DNA from: the human T2T-CHM13v2.0 reference genome, Homo sapiens
DNA: 64,000 nucleotides
Direction: 5' to 3'
NCBI GenBank assembly: GCA_009914755.4
Contig: CP086569.2
Coordinates: 22,656,001 to 22,720,000, forward strand
The notes under the pieces were generated by a model. That model did not search any database and had not been told where the DNA came from. It worked only from the letters and a program-made list of their open reading frames with translations. Each line of letters opens with the position of its first letter. The first letter of the stretch is position 1. Position numbers and translations under genes: made by a program. Positions 40,601 through 53,800 of this stretch are shown piece by piece.

Positions 40601-43600
40601 GACTCACTCCTACAACGTCTAGGCAGGCCTGATGCATCCTGCAGATACACTTGGATCCTTAGGAATTTCACTGTTTATTCCTGGGGCTTTGCTTGACTTT
40701 TCTTCAGGTTGGCTCACGTCTGCCCTCTCCTAGGATCATGGGACTCTCCCGTGATCCCACAGAGAAAACAGCCAGAATCCACCACCTATGCACCTCCACG
40801 GAGGTCTCCTTCTCCACCAAGCCACAGGGACTTGCTGCTATGCAATGGTGGCATTCATTGTGATGCCAGACAGAGCTGACAGCTTAGGCCTGGTAGCCTG
40901 AGAAGAGCGCATGTGCATTCGGAAGGCAGGCACAGGTGCCCAAATATCAGATCTGTGAGCCTTCCTAAGCAGAGGAAAATGCTACAGGCAGAGCCAACCT
41001 GGTATCTGGAGAAAGGCTTTCTGTGATAACGCACTATGGGACCCTGTAAGTCTCAACCTTAGGGCTCCGTCGGGCCATTTTTGTGGCCTGGTCCAGCTGG
41101 AGGAGTTTCAAGACTGTGAGATGATTGCTGGATGCTGCTCTTCTGACTCCATTCCCAAAAGAGGCTGTGTGCAAGAATTGGTTCCTATGGGGTTTGGAAT
41201 ATAGTCTGGTGGGTTGTTCAGGGGTCTTTGGTTGACAGAATCATACCTGAAACCACAGAGGTATTGTCAGCGAAAGTTGGCCGGGCCGTTTACCTCACTT
41301 CCTCCCTTCACTCTGAACCTTGCAAGAGCTCTCTGGGAAAGGCAGGGACCATGGCAAAGGAAAGTCCAAGGTGGAGCAGTGTTCTCACACCTCTAAGTGG
41401 GCACTCACAGGTGCAGATGAGGTTGAGACAGTGTCTCAGAGTCCATTTGTTGCCATTGCAAGCCTGAAAAGCGTGTCCAGTAGTGTTGTTGAAAGTCACT
41501 GTGGACCCACAGTGAATGTGGACCCGCAGAGAATGAGCTGCCTTGTGCCATGCAGCTCTGCCATGCAGAGCAAAGAAAAATCAAAACTCACCTGAGAGAA
41601 TGAGCTGACTTGTGCTGGAGTCCAAGCTGGAGTCCAAGCAATGATCAAAGATTCCTGTCAGAGGACCCAAATCCTCTTGCAAAGTGCAAACAAATCCAGT
41701 CCCCACAAAGAGACCAGGACCCACACCCTGGAGTGCAGCCAGCCTACCCAACTTCCCTTTTGCTCCCTGAAATCCCTGGCAGCCAAGAGATCTGTGGAGA
41801 GAGGCAGTTGCATCCAGCCACAGTCCAATGAAATACTTCCTCCACAATGAGAAAGGACATGCAGACACAATGAAACACAGCTTAGATTACCAAACAAAAG
41901 CCAGGCATGCCTGCCTGCTTCTCATCCTACAGGAATCATGCAGCCCTCCAACAGAAGTGGGAGAAAAAGAGTTTCCTTTATGGCATCTGTAATGCTGATT
42001 TATGGTTTTAAATGTATCAAAGGAGCCCAGTCATTAAAATGTGACAGTGTTTAGAAGGAAACATGCAATGAATTCCAGTGAGGGTCATCCTCCATGAATG
42101 GGGAAATGTTTAGTGTGTAAGACCTTAGCCAGACCCAGGAAACCCTAGGCCAACAGGGATCATGGAAGACAGGAAAGGAAGAGGCAAGTGTGGAGGCTAC
42201 ATCCCACCCAGCGTCAATGCATCTCACTCCCATTTGGCTATGGGAATGAAAGCCCTCAAATCAGGAGTTTGCCAGGATGGCCCCAGTTTGCACACCAAAT
42301 GTTCCCTGCACGTTGGAGTACTCCCAGGTGAACACAGGGTCATGGTGCACACTGCTGGTGCAATTAAGGGAATGCAGAGATGCATTTGGAAGCACTGTCC
42401 ATGTCCTCTGTCTTCACCTTTTTTGCAGGTGAAGTTGCAGGACCCCGTCCACCCCTCACCAGATTGTATGCTCACCCCTATGTGAACTTATGGCTGCTCA
42501 CACTCTCTGTTTCAGAATGAAATCCCAAGACAATGGAGGAGTGTCCCCTAATGACATTAAGCACGTGCTTGGCTGGGAACCGAATTGGAGGTAAATTCAA
42601 GGGGTCCTGTGGACAAGACTGCTGGTGTCCCTCCCTGGGTTGGCCACAGGACAATGAAACACTGGGAGGCGTCAATTCCTGGGTATGACGTGCCCCTCTT
42701 CTTTCCAGAAGAGTACCTTTTTCTTTTTTGGCAGGGGAGGTAGTTTGGCCTCCGGCGGGTCTCAACCAGACTCTCAATTCACTGCAGATTCACGATCCAC
42801 AGAAGAATAAAGAACACAGAGACCCACAGTCCAAGCAGAGCCACAGACACACAGGCGACCAGAATGTTGAGTTACCGAAAAAAAAGAAGAGCTGCAATGT
42901 GTTAGCCACTCTACTATAAGCAGACTCCGCTTACAGACATGCATACCCACACATACACCTGCAAATACACAAAGCCACACAGTCAGGCAGACATCCAACA
43001 CTTGCAACACTCCAACAGAAACACAGCCCAGCAGCTCCTGAGGCTGAATGGCTCTTCAGGAAGCCCCACATGGGAGAGAGCAACCCCAGGGAACACAGGC
43101 GGGCTGTATCTAGTAATCACCGTGGGATAAGTTTCAAAAATACTCACCCTTACAATGTCTAATTAGGCCTGAGGCATCCTGTAGATCCTTATGGATCCTT
43201 AGGGATTTTGAAGTTCATTCCTGCGGCTCTGCTTGATGTTTCTTCAGGCTGACTCACATCTACCCACTCCTAGATTCATGGGACTGTCCTGTGGATCTCT
43301 GAGACAAGACAGGCAATATTCCATCGCCAACACACCTCCAGGGAGTTCTCCTTCTCTGTCAAGCCACAGGGACTTGTCACTAGGCAATGGTGGCATTCAC
43401 TGTGAAGCTAGCAATAGCTCCCTGCTCAGGACTGGTGCTTTGAGGCTATCACAGGCGCATTCATGAGGCAGGCTTGGGTGCCTGGCTGTCAAAACTGTCA
43501 GCCTGCCTAAGCAGACAAAAGTGGTACAGGCAGAGCTAGACTGGTATTGAGAAAAAGGCTGTCTGCAATAACCTACTGTGGGACCCTAAAAGTCTTGACC

Positions 43601-46600
43601 TTATTGACCCTCTGGGTCATCTCGCTGGTCAGGTCCCGGTGGAGGAGGAGGTATTTCGAGACTGTGAGGTGGTCGCTGGAGATGGCTCTTCTGTCTCCAC
43701 TCCTGAAAGAGTCTGTGTGCAAGAATCAGGTCCGACGGGGATTGGAATAGAGTCTGGTGAGTAGTTGAGGGTTCTTTATGTGATGGAATCATACCTAAGA
43801 CCTCAGAGAATAAAAATGGCTCATCACTTTACCTCACTGCCTCCCTTCATCCTTGGCCTCACAGGGCCTATCTGGGAAAGGCAGGAACCACGACATAGGC
43901 AAATGCAAGGTTGAGCAGTGTTCTCTCACCTTGATCTGGCCTCGCTTGTGGGCAGATGAGCTTGTGACAGTGTCTAAGAGGCCGTCTGTGGCGATGGCAA
44001 GCCTGAAAAAGGTGTCCAGTAAAGCTATTGATGGGCAATGTGGACACCCCAGGAAAGCAAAGAAAAATCAATGCTCACCTATGAGAATGGGCTGCTTTGT
44101 GCTGGAGTCCAAGCAATGTTCAATGATTCTTGTCAGAGCACCAAAAATCCTTCTGCAAAGTGCAAACATCCTCAGCCCCCAACACACAACCAGGACCCAC
44201 AACCTGGAGTTCAGCCAGTCTATCTGAAGTCCCGTTTCCTCTCTGAAATCCCTGGAAGCCAAAAGATCTGTGGCAAGAGGCAGTCCTATCCAGCAACAGC
44301 CCAACGAAGGAGCCCTGCGACAATGAGAAAGGATGTGCACATGAAATGAAACAGAGCCTAGATAACCAGGCAACAGTTAGACACTGTTGCCTACTTCTCA
44401 TCCTAAAGGAATCATGCCACCCTACAATACAAGTGGGAGATCAGTAGTTTCCCTGTTGGTGCTGTGTGGGAATTTACATTTTAAAACTATCAAGGCTGTC
44501 CAGCCATCTAAAACATGAGTGTTAAGAAGGAAACACTCATGCAATGAATTCCCACGAGGGTCATCCTTCTTGAACTGGGAAATGTTTTGTGTGGAAGATG
44601 GTGAACCAGACCAAGGAAAACCTAATTCAATGAGGAACACAAAGTCAGAAAATGAAGAGGCAAGCGTGGAGGCCACATCCCACCCACATCAATCCATCCC
44701 ACTCCCATTTGGCCCTGGGTATGAAAACCCTCAAAGTGCAAAGCCCCAGTTTGCACTCCATATGTTAATGGCAGGTTGGAGAATACCCACTTGAACACAG
44801 GGCCATGGTGTGGGCTGCTTGTGCAATCAACGGAATGTGGGGATGCAGGTGGATGCAACTTCTGTGTCATCTGTCTTCACCTTTTTTTCAGGTGCAGGTG
44901 TGGGACACAATCCACACCTCACCAGATTGTATCCTTTTCCTTATCGGACCTTATTGCTGCTCACACTCTCTGTCCCAGAATGAAATCCCAAGATGATGAA
45001 GCAGTGCCCCCTCATGACGTTAAGCACCTGCCTGGCTGGTCTGACATATTGATTAATCATACTTATAATTGTTTACATTCATTGTTAAACACAATGTTTC
45101 ATTTTTCTTCCTTATTCTCCACCATTTATTTTCTTCTCATATTAGTTACAGTTTGTAACTTATTTAGTTAAATATATACAATGAAGTAACACTGCAGTAT
45201 TGCAGAAAACATACTGCACTGGAAACAGATTCATATTGAAACAGGAAAATGTTCCTTATCCCCCATTACTGGGCAAGAAATGAGAACAGGTTTTGGGGCT
45301 CCGACCCCAGGCAGCATCCAGGGGTGAATTTTTACAGCTCCTGAATCCCCATTGGGCATATGTTACATGGTGTTAATTTAGTTTATCCTAGGTCAGTGAG
45401 CATCGTCCTGTTGGTGGAGCCCTAGCCAAGAACCACACCCTCCTCTACCAGACACGTCCCTGCCCCCCTTCCATATCAATATTTTTTAAATTTAAAACTC
45501 CAAAAATAGTACCCAAATCCTTTAGAGAAGACAATTGGAGAAGACAGCATTAGAAGAACCAGTCTAGGATTAGGGTCACTACATAGAAAATGGAAACACA
45601 GAGAGCATGTCCTGAAGGCCGTGGAATCACTGTGGAAACATATCTCTTACTGAGAAGGAAAGGGAAACAAACTGGCTTCTCTCATCTTGTTCTCTAATCT
45701 CTGCAGTGTCACCCATTAACTGAACTAAAATAGAAAGTCAATTTTATGTGAGCCTAGGAACCGTGCCTCTCAGGGGCCAGGCCTCTCTATAACAGAATAG
45801 TGCCAGGGAGAGGTGAGTGATGTTATCTGTGGGCATACAAACCCAGGACCTCAAACAAAGGAGTATCAGAGAGAAATATAGTATGAAGAGATTAAGAGTG
45901 AAGTAGTATCAGGAACAATTCATGCATGATATTTGTGAAAAGACCAAAAAATAAAACAGAGCTTATGAAGTAGTAGACATAATAAGAACATAAAGAAAAG
46001 CAGGCAAAATTGTAAAGTCCAGGGTATTTAACTTTCCTTTATAGGATTTTGAAAATCCCTTCCAGAATCGTTTTCCCAATAGCTTCCTTTCATGGATTCA
46101 TTCAAGAAATATTTAGTGAGCTAGTATGGTCTAAGAATTGGTCAGATGGCCTCATATGCATTGTTAGTACTTCTTTCATTGACAAAAAGAATGTTTCTTT
46201 TTTTCTACAATGTTTTTCTTCCAAACATTCTTCATGCAAATTCGAATCCTTACTGATCCAATCAATTGTTCCTGCCCTCAGAATGTTCCCCAAACCGCTG
46301 CAAACCCCGTTAAGAACTTCATTCCTCTCCAAGTTACTAAATTGTGTCTATTTTAACACTTGTCAGAGTACATTACAATTATTGCTGCTCTCTTTATTCT
46401 CCAATTAAACTATGACTATTTTGAAGGAAATATCTATAAACACAATAGCTTGTCATTTGTCAATACTTATTGTACGAAAGGTTATTAGATATTAACATAT
46501 AATATTCTAATATAATTATCCTAATTTTTGGAAAACAATACAAACAATGTTCACTGCCAATTCCCCATGAACTGCTCAACTTTAAACAATGTCTATGCTT

Positions 46601-46671
46601 TGGAGCAATTATACAAACTTCCAAAGAACACCTGAAAGTGTTTTTATTTTGACTTTGTTTTGTTATATTGA

Positions 46672-46940
46672 ATTATTATGTAGAAACAAAGTCTTGCCCC
46701 ATGGCCCAGGCTGAAATGCAGTGTGCAATCACAGCTCACTGGAACCTTGAACTCCTGAGTAAATAGAAAAACAGGTGTGTGCCATTATGCCCAATTTAAT
46801 TAATTAATTAATTAGTTACCTTTGTAGAGATTGGTCTTGCTATGTTGCCTGTGCTAGTCTCCAACTCTGGGTTTGAAGCAATTCTCCCTTCTCAGCCTCC
46901 CAAAGAGCTGTGATTCCAGGCATGAACCACCAGATCTCAA
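46672..46940 (-). mobile_element. Old Alu (minus orientation), internally rearranged around a (TTAA)n tract at 46795-46816
   Basis: gtcttgccccatggcccaggctgaaatgcagtgtgcaatcacagctcactggaacc ... ttgtagagattggtcttgctatgttgcctgtgctagtctccaactctgggtttgaagcaattctcccttctcagcctcccaaagagctgtgattccaggcatgaaccacc is the reverse complement of the Alu consensus. Confidence 0.6.
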
Positions 46941-47206
46941 AGAGGAAATTTTAAATTTTAGAATATTGCAATATGTTAGACTCCATTTCTTCTTTCAATT
47001 TTGCATTTGCAGTGGCACTTAAGAAGAATTATTTCTTATGGTGAGAGTGTGATTTCTCATATTTGGTCAACAAATTTTGAAATCTTTGTTTACTTAAACC
47101 CTAATAACTGGTAGTCAAGTCAGCTGAAAGTCAAGTACATGTCAAATACATGGGTGTTTTTGTGTTGAGGTTTTGAAGGCAAATGTAGAGAGATATTAAG
47201 AACCAA

Positions 47207-47210
<4 letters not shown>

Positions 47211-47259
<49 letters not shown>
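47211..47259. repeat. (TA)n microsatellite, about 24 repeats
   Basis: An uninterrupted tatata run. Confidence 0.95.
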
Positions 47260-47261
<2 letters not shown>

Positions 47262-49172
47262 TAAAGTTGCATCCTTGCAGGTGAGGCATCATACACGGCA
47301 AGGATAGTTTTATACAATACCATGAAATACATAATTTAGTAACCAATTCAGCACTTGAAATTTCCCAACTTTGTTTTCACCAGGAGTTAATGATGTATGG
47401 CACTTCTAGTAAGTAAATTAATGTTTGAACTGCTGTTATTTAAGTCATTGCTCAGCTAATCATTTATCAAAGATTTTTACTTGTGCAATATCATAAATGC
47501 TGGACATTAAAAATTAATCACTAGGGTTTATGTATCTAAGAGCTACCATCTAATGTGATATTCTTCACTAAGTTGACAACAATAATTATGCAGAAAAATA
47601 GTCATTCCCATAGTGTGAGCCATTACAGCAATTTCCACCGGAGGATTTCACAGTCAGAGTCCAGATCTGGGCAACAGTGATTAATATAAAGGTTTTTTAT
47701 GAGAAGAGATTTTGATATATCTAGCTGTCTTTAGATGTCAGTGCCTTGAATAGACGGGTTTGCTATTAATAAGAAAGGGTGCATTGGACTGGATACTAAG
47801 AAACATACTGAATTGTTTTTCTTGTTCTCTATAACATGAAAGCTCAACCAGAGATATAGAAACAATGGAAAATTTCACAGCATGGCCTGACATTTCACAG
47901 CACTTTTATTTTTTTTTAGCCATGTACAAATTCTTTAAATATACAAAGGTAGGACTGTTACAGGAAAAAAGTGTTGGCGTGAGAAGTCACAATCCACAGC
48001 AAAGTTAGTGTCTTGTGGATGGCACCTTGAGTGATGAATTAGAGTGAGAATCAACTTTCAGGCTGCCAACAGGGGACAAAGAGAATGAAGTTATCATCAG
48101 TTAACATTATTGGATCAATTAAAGTGAATGTTGACAGAGATTTTGTTGGTTTTACATCAAATTGAGTATAGTACTTCAAATTGATTATTTGATAAAGATA
48201 AACTCTTACCAAATTTCCCACATGTAAAATTGAGGATTAAAATATTACACAACCCACACATTATGGGTATCTCATATAAATTTATATACACATGTGCAAA
48301 CTTGCAGTGTGCTAATATTTGTCTATATCTAAATATATCCAAATCCACTGATGAACAGTTAGAAATTTAGAAATTATTCTCCCATTTTACCATTCCCTTT
48401 CTTAGAATTTTGTCACAAATATAATTTTTCCATCTATTTGAAGGCTACTCTCTGGAGTCATGTAATGTATGGTTACAGTAAAGCCATGCATGAGCTATCA
48501 CAGGGTTTCTATCAGAGAAATCAATAAAACTGGTGTTATAAAAGATCCACTGTGAGGAGAAATTTATACTTCACATGACTACAAATACAGAAGTGTTATT
48601 TCATTGAAAGCTGGTATCAGTCAATACAATTTGTTTTTAAAGTTTTATTTAAAATACTTAATCTCAAAAGGATTATTCGAGTAGAATAATGTTATTGGTA
48701 ATAAATAATGATTAAGAATTTCCTTTCCTTTGTTGATTATTTAAAATGCAAGTAAAATACTAAAAAGTACTGTATAGTGTAGTTTCACCATGCATTCTCC
48801 GTGGTTTTTGTAAAATTAATGGCCTCAATGGAATTTTTTGACACAGAGAAATTTCCTTATATCATTTTATTAGTGTACTTTCACTTTATTACTTGCTTGC
48901 ACATCATAACTGATGGAAATAAAAATATTTTTATTTACACATATACAAAGCATGGAATTGTATGTTTTCTAGTGAGAAAAAGTCACCAATAATTTTATCT
49001 GTATAGGAACATTTTGATATGCCCAAAGTTCTTAACTTTCTTTTCTTTAGAAGTTTCATATTTCAGTCTAGGTATGAGATGGAATTGACTGACTGTGATC
49101 ATTGTTTTTATTTCACTATGACTACTGAGTTTCTGACACAGTGATACTAATGTATAGACTTAAAAGCTTGCC

Positions 49173-49270
49173 GCTTCCTCCTCCTCCTCCTTCTTCTTCT
49201 ACTTCTTCTTCCTCTTCTTCTTCTTCTTCACCTCCTCCTCCTCCTCTTCCTCCTCATCCTCCTCCTCCCC
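49173..49270. repeat. ~100 bp polypyrimidine (CTT/CCT)n tract on the + strand
   Basis: gcttcctcctcctcctccttcttcttctacttcttcttcctcttcttcttcttcttcacctcctcctcctcctcttcctcctcatcctcctcctcccc. Confidence 0.95.
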
Positions 49271-50345
49271 GCTTTGGACCTGTCCATGTGATTTCTGCAG
49301 TAATATGCACCGTTTTCTGAAATAAGGTTGCTGAAAGATACAAGCGTAAGTGGAGTTCTTTATTTTTGTGAACCTTTAGGAACAGAGAAGTAAAACTGAA
49401 ACATAGTTGTGATATGAATTTAAGTCTGCAGTTTCTCACAGAAGTACCAAAAGGATGAAAATAAATTTAAAAATACATGGCTTATCCAAAACATGACGTA
49501 GAATAATGAAAAATTTAAATTGACATAAAGACCAATTTAAAAGTTATAATTATTCCAGGTGAGAGAAAGTAGCACTAAAAATCCTATTTTCCCTGTTTAA
49601 ATACATAACTATTACTGTATCTTTAGGCTTAAAAAGTGTTAAGTCTAACTTAAGCAACAACTTGGCAATTTCTAACAATGAGTGCATCATCTTAGAATTT
49701 CTCCAAGAATCTTTTGGGAGAAATATAATCTAATCTTGCTCTATAAACAATTGAATTAATCAAGGAAATTATTATGACTGTAGTCTTGCAATTTCATTGT
49801 CCTTCTCTTTTCAGTTTTTACATATTCTCTTTAAAATTCAAAATCCCCTAGGGAAAATATGATAAATAACAATGACTGAAACAGTTGAAAAACAAAAACT
49901 GAACAGCGGACACATTTCAAGGTTTCCTTTATGAGAATGCTTCACTAACCATGTAATACACACATGATATAAATCACTGTGAGAAAAAAAAATTTGTATA
50001 GCTACTTGACAGTTTATACAGTAACAGCAAATATTCTCATTTGAACTTCAAAAGGGTTTTTAAACTTGTGTTTCATAAATGAGGAAAATGTGGTTTCTAT
50101 TTCCTGTATTTGCCTATTACAGCAGTTATCACACTTATTATTCCTCATTTATCTCTGTGCCTGTAACAACTGCACTCTCAGAAGGACCATGTTTTTCTGA
50201 GCTTCTTGCAGACTGCCAGGCTTACTGTGGCATTTAGAAACTATCTGCTGAATGTTTGTGATATCTTAATGCAAGTTAGATTCTAGGCCACTGATACTAA
50301 TTTTCTATTTAGTATTTGGGTTTGTAGAGCTATTTTTCCTTTTCA

Positions 50346-50683
50346 GTTTTTTTTCTTTTTTTTTTTTTTTATTATACTTTAAGTTCTAGGGTACATGTTC
50401 ACAACGTACAGGTTTGTTACATAGGGATACATGTGCCATGTTGGTTTGCTGCACACATCAACTTATCATTTACATTAGGCATTTCTCCTAATGCTATCCC
50501 TCCCCAGCCCCGCATCCCACCAACCACCCCATGTGTGGTGTTCCCCACCCTGTGTCCCTGTGTTCTTATTGTTCAACTCCTACTTATGAGTGAGAACATG
50601 CGGTGCTTGGTTTTCTGTCCTTGTGATAGTGTGCTTAGTATGATGGTTTTCAGCTTCATCCATGACCTTGCAACCACAAAGAG
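50346..50683 (-). mobile_element. L1 3' end fragment (minus orientation) with its poly(A) tail seen as poly(T) at 50346-50370
   Basis: tttttttttattatactttaagttctagggtacatgttcacaacgtacaggtttgttacatagggatacatgtgccatgttggtttgctgcac... is the reverse complement of the canonical L1 3' terminus. It continues through ..ccatgaccttgcaaccacaaag. Confidence 0.85.
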
Positions 50684-50773
50684 ATACCATCTCATGTCAG
50701 TTAGAATGGCAATCATTAAAAAGTCAGAAAACAACAGATGTTGGAGAGGATGTGGAGAAATGGGAATGCTTTT
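50684..50773 (+). mobile_element. L1 ORF2 C-terminal fragment in + orientation, abutting the inverted L1 3' end
   Basis: ataccatctcatgtcagttagaatggcaatcattaaaaagtcagaaaacaacagatgttggagaggatgtggagaaatgggaatgctttta matches L1 sense ..catctcacaccagttagaatggcgatcattaaaaagtcaggaaacaacaggtgctggagaggatgtggagaaataggaacactttta. Confidence 0.8.
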
Positions 50774-50809
50774 AAGGTTTTTTTTTTTTAAGTATACTAT
50801 AAGGATATA

Positions 50810-53800
50810 CTTATCTGGACGTGGAGTGGACAGTGAGTGGACAGTGCAGGTCATGGTCAGTGGGACCTCCAAAGGAGGCACCCCATTCAAATTGGAGGCT
50901 CTGCAGGAGAGGGCAGCCAGGGCGCAGAGTTCGAAGGCACTCTTGGGGGAGGAGAAGGTGCTGGTGGTGGACAACATCATGGCATGGTCCAGGTGGTGGT
51001 TGAGGAGAAGCCTGACATGGAGCCTGGTGGAGGACCAGCAGACAGCCTGGCCCTGGATCCAGCACACCCCAGCCAGCCACAGACTCGCTGGAGGCCCTTC
51101 ACTTGAAGCAGAGTTCCATGAATAACCAGTCCACATGGCCTGCCCACAGCTGAGATGTAAGCTTTGGCAGAGGTGCCTTCCCAGCCTGGATGGCACAGGG
51201 GCCATCAGCCAGGGCATCTCCAGCTTCTGGGCCAGAGGCACATCTTTGCAGCTGCCCATTCGGAATGACTGGCAGCAGGGGGTGGGCATCTGGCTTCTTG
51301 GGGTGGGGAGCAGGGGAGCCAAGCAAGGGGCACACGGGGACAACCAGGAGGCAGGGGATGGGGGATAGCGAAGGGAGCTGAGGCCAGGGTCCTGCAGATA
51401 GGAGGGCAGCTTGCTTGGGGGTGCCCTGAGAGCACATGGTAGGGACTGGGAGCCAAGCTCAGCACTCACAAGGGAGAATAGGAGCCCCATGGACCCTTCA
51501 CTCACAGCAGAAACTTGAAGGGCATGTTTCCATGAGAAAGTCCTTGGAGGAAGGGGAGTCTGCAAGCCCATGCCAGCCATAGAAACCACCCTGGCTGCCC
51601 ATGTCTGTGGCCAGCAGCCTTACCCCAGAAACACAAGGTGCTTAAGACTTGGGTTCACGGTGCACTGGGCTGCTGTCCTCTGCAAGGCAGGCACAAACTC
51701 CCCAGATACGCTTTCTTCCTTCTGCCTGTACTGCACCCAAAGAGCTGAGCATATACAACCTCCGTTGCACAAACACCTCCATTACACACATGGAAGCCCC
51801 ATGGGGAGCAACAGGCACAGCCCTGCAGTCCCCTCTATCCACAGCAGCTCCCTCAAGTGAACACGCCCACCCCTCAGGAAGACCAGGAGAAGAGGGGACT
51901 GCACACCTGGACACCCTCAGCAGAGCCAGTCCAGCATCCAGCACACAATGACCATGTGCAGCTCAGCAACTCTGAAGATACAGCCGCCTCACACAACAGC
52001 ACCCCACACCCAATCCCCTGCCTACTTGTGCCGCCCGCTCCTTGTTGGCAGGAGCTTTCCGGGCCTCCCTCCACCCTCCCACAAGACCACCACAACCACT
52101 ACCATGCCCCCAACACTGGACAGAGACAGGACCACCAATGCAGGGTACCAGGTCAAAGGTTTTGGGATAGCCCTGCCAAACACTCTCCCAGCTCTTGCAA
52201 AGTTGTGGGGTGTTTCCTGGCATGCCCACCCAATCATCTGGAGGTTCCTTGACCAGAGGCAGATTGTGCAGCACACCTACATGTCGGCAGAGTTCAGAAA
52301 CCATGAGGAAGTCCTGCTAAGTAAGCTACAGGATGGATTTGAAGCTCAGCCTGAGGAGCCGGGGTCTGCGGGACGGGTCCAGGGTCTTGCTCAGGTTGAG
52401 GTCCTCCTGGGGCACAGGGGTTCTGAGTGGTAGAGCTGGGAAGGGGCAACACATGCTGCACCCCAGTCAGCAGGCCCTCAGCCCAGATAGATGAAATGGA
52501 TCCTTTGAGTCTGTCCTCTTCTTCTTGGCATGGCAGGTGGAGGAACTCAGCCATCCCAGGTACCGGCAGCAGGATGAAGTGTTCCTTTTGTCACAACCTT
52601 TATTTCCACAATAAAGTGATCATTAAGGAATATCGTGTTCACATCCTTGGTAAGGAGTGCCTCCTGGTGTGGTAGAGGGTGGAGTGTGGGACGCTAGGCC
52701 TGGCATGAGCCTTTTTGACTCTTGTTCCAGGATGCAGGGCCACTGGCTCTAGTGTAGTCCAGTGGTTCTAGAGTCATCAGAAGAAGCCCCACCTTCAGTA
52801 AGGACACAGCCTACCTGAGCTTCCTCAGCTAGTTGGCTGACTGTGACCACTCAGGGTCAGCCAGGACTGCTGAGGCAGGGGCCGCTGTGGGGCGTCATGG
52901 GAAAGGACCTTGCTGGTCTTTCCTTGGCATCTTGGGAACTGGCTTTGAACTATGACCTGACCTTTCACAGACCACTTTCCCCACTCCTCCAGATCATCAG
53001 TCAGGGCTTCCGTCTCAATCCCCTGCAGCACTACCTAAGGATTAGGTCCTCAGAGAGGGAACAGAGAGGAGGCCAGGTAAGCAGCCCACAGCTGGGGGCT
53101 CAAAGGCCTGTGGGTCCTGCAGCTGTGACACACATGGAGAACTCAAGGCTCAGGGAGGAGCCTGCAGTGAGAAATCCCAGGCCATCCCTGGACTGGGGCA
53201 GAAAGGCCCATCAGGGAACTGTAACACTCATATTTCAGAATTGGGGAACCTGAAGTGCCTGAGGCAGAAGTGGCAAAGGTCAATGGGTGAGAAGCAAGGC
53301 TCAAGGGATAGCTGTCTCATCATCCTTCTCTGGCTCCCTTCTATGCCTTGAGGCCTGCTACTACCTGGGGCTCAGTTTGGGCTCAACTAGAGTGCACGCA
53401 GGGCGTGCCTAGGTCTACGTACTTCTAGAATGGCTATCCCAGCCCTGTCACGTTTTGTTTCAATGACCCCAGGCTCCCCTGACATGCTTTATCCCCTCTG
53501 CCATCCTCATTCATGCTTCCCCGGCTCTCAAGACATTTCCTATGACATTAAAAAATAGACATAAAGTTTTTTAAATGCCTTAATAATATAGATGCAGATA
53601 AAAGATTTCATTATAAAAAGTGCTTTTCCTCTTTACTTGTATCAAAGTCTTTTTCATGATGGGGAAAAGAATGCAACATACTTTGGTAAGTTAAAAAAGT
53701 ATAAAAGTAAAAATAAATCCTACTGCAGATGATCAATTAAATGGCAGGGGATCTTCTGTGTGTGTCCAGGGAGGGTACGTGGCTGAGCAGTAAGCCTCAC

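Noticed and set aside
50433-51125. A 230 aa + strand ORF
   Set aside because: Begins inside antisense L1 sequence and runs into the GC-rich block. It is proline/glycine-rich low-complexity sequence with no homology I can recognise.
50573-51589. The longest ORF in the window (338 aa, minus strand)
   Set aside because: It spans the junction of two L1 fragments and low-complexity GC-rich sequence. Its C-terminus is simply L1 ORF2 (..KTIILSTLSQGQKTKHRMFSLI..) read through a chimeric junction. It has no credible start context or homology. It is spurious.
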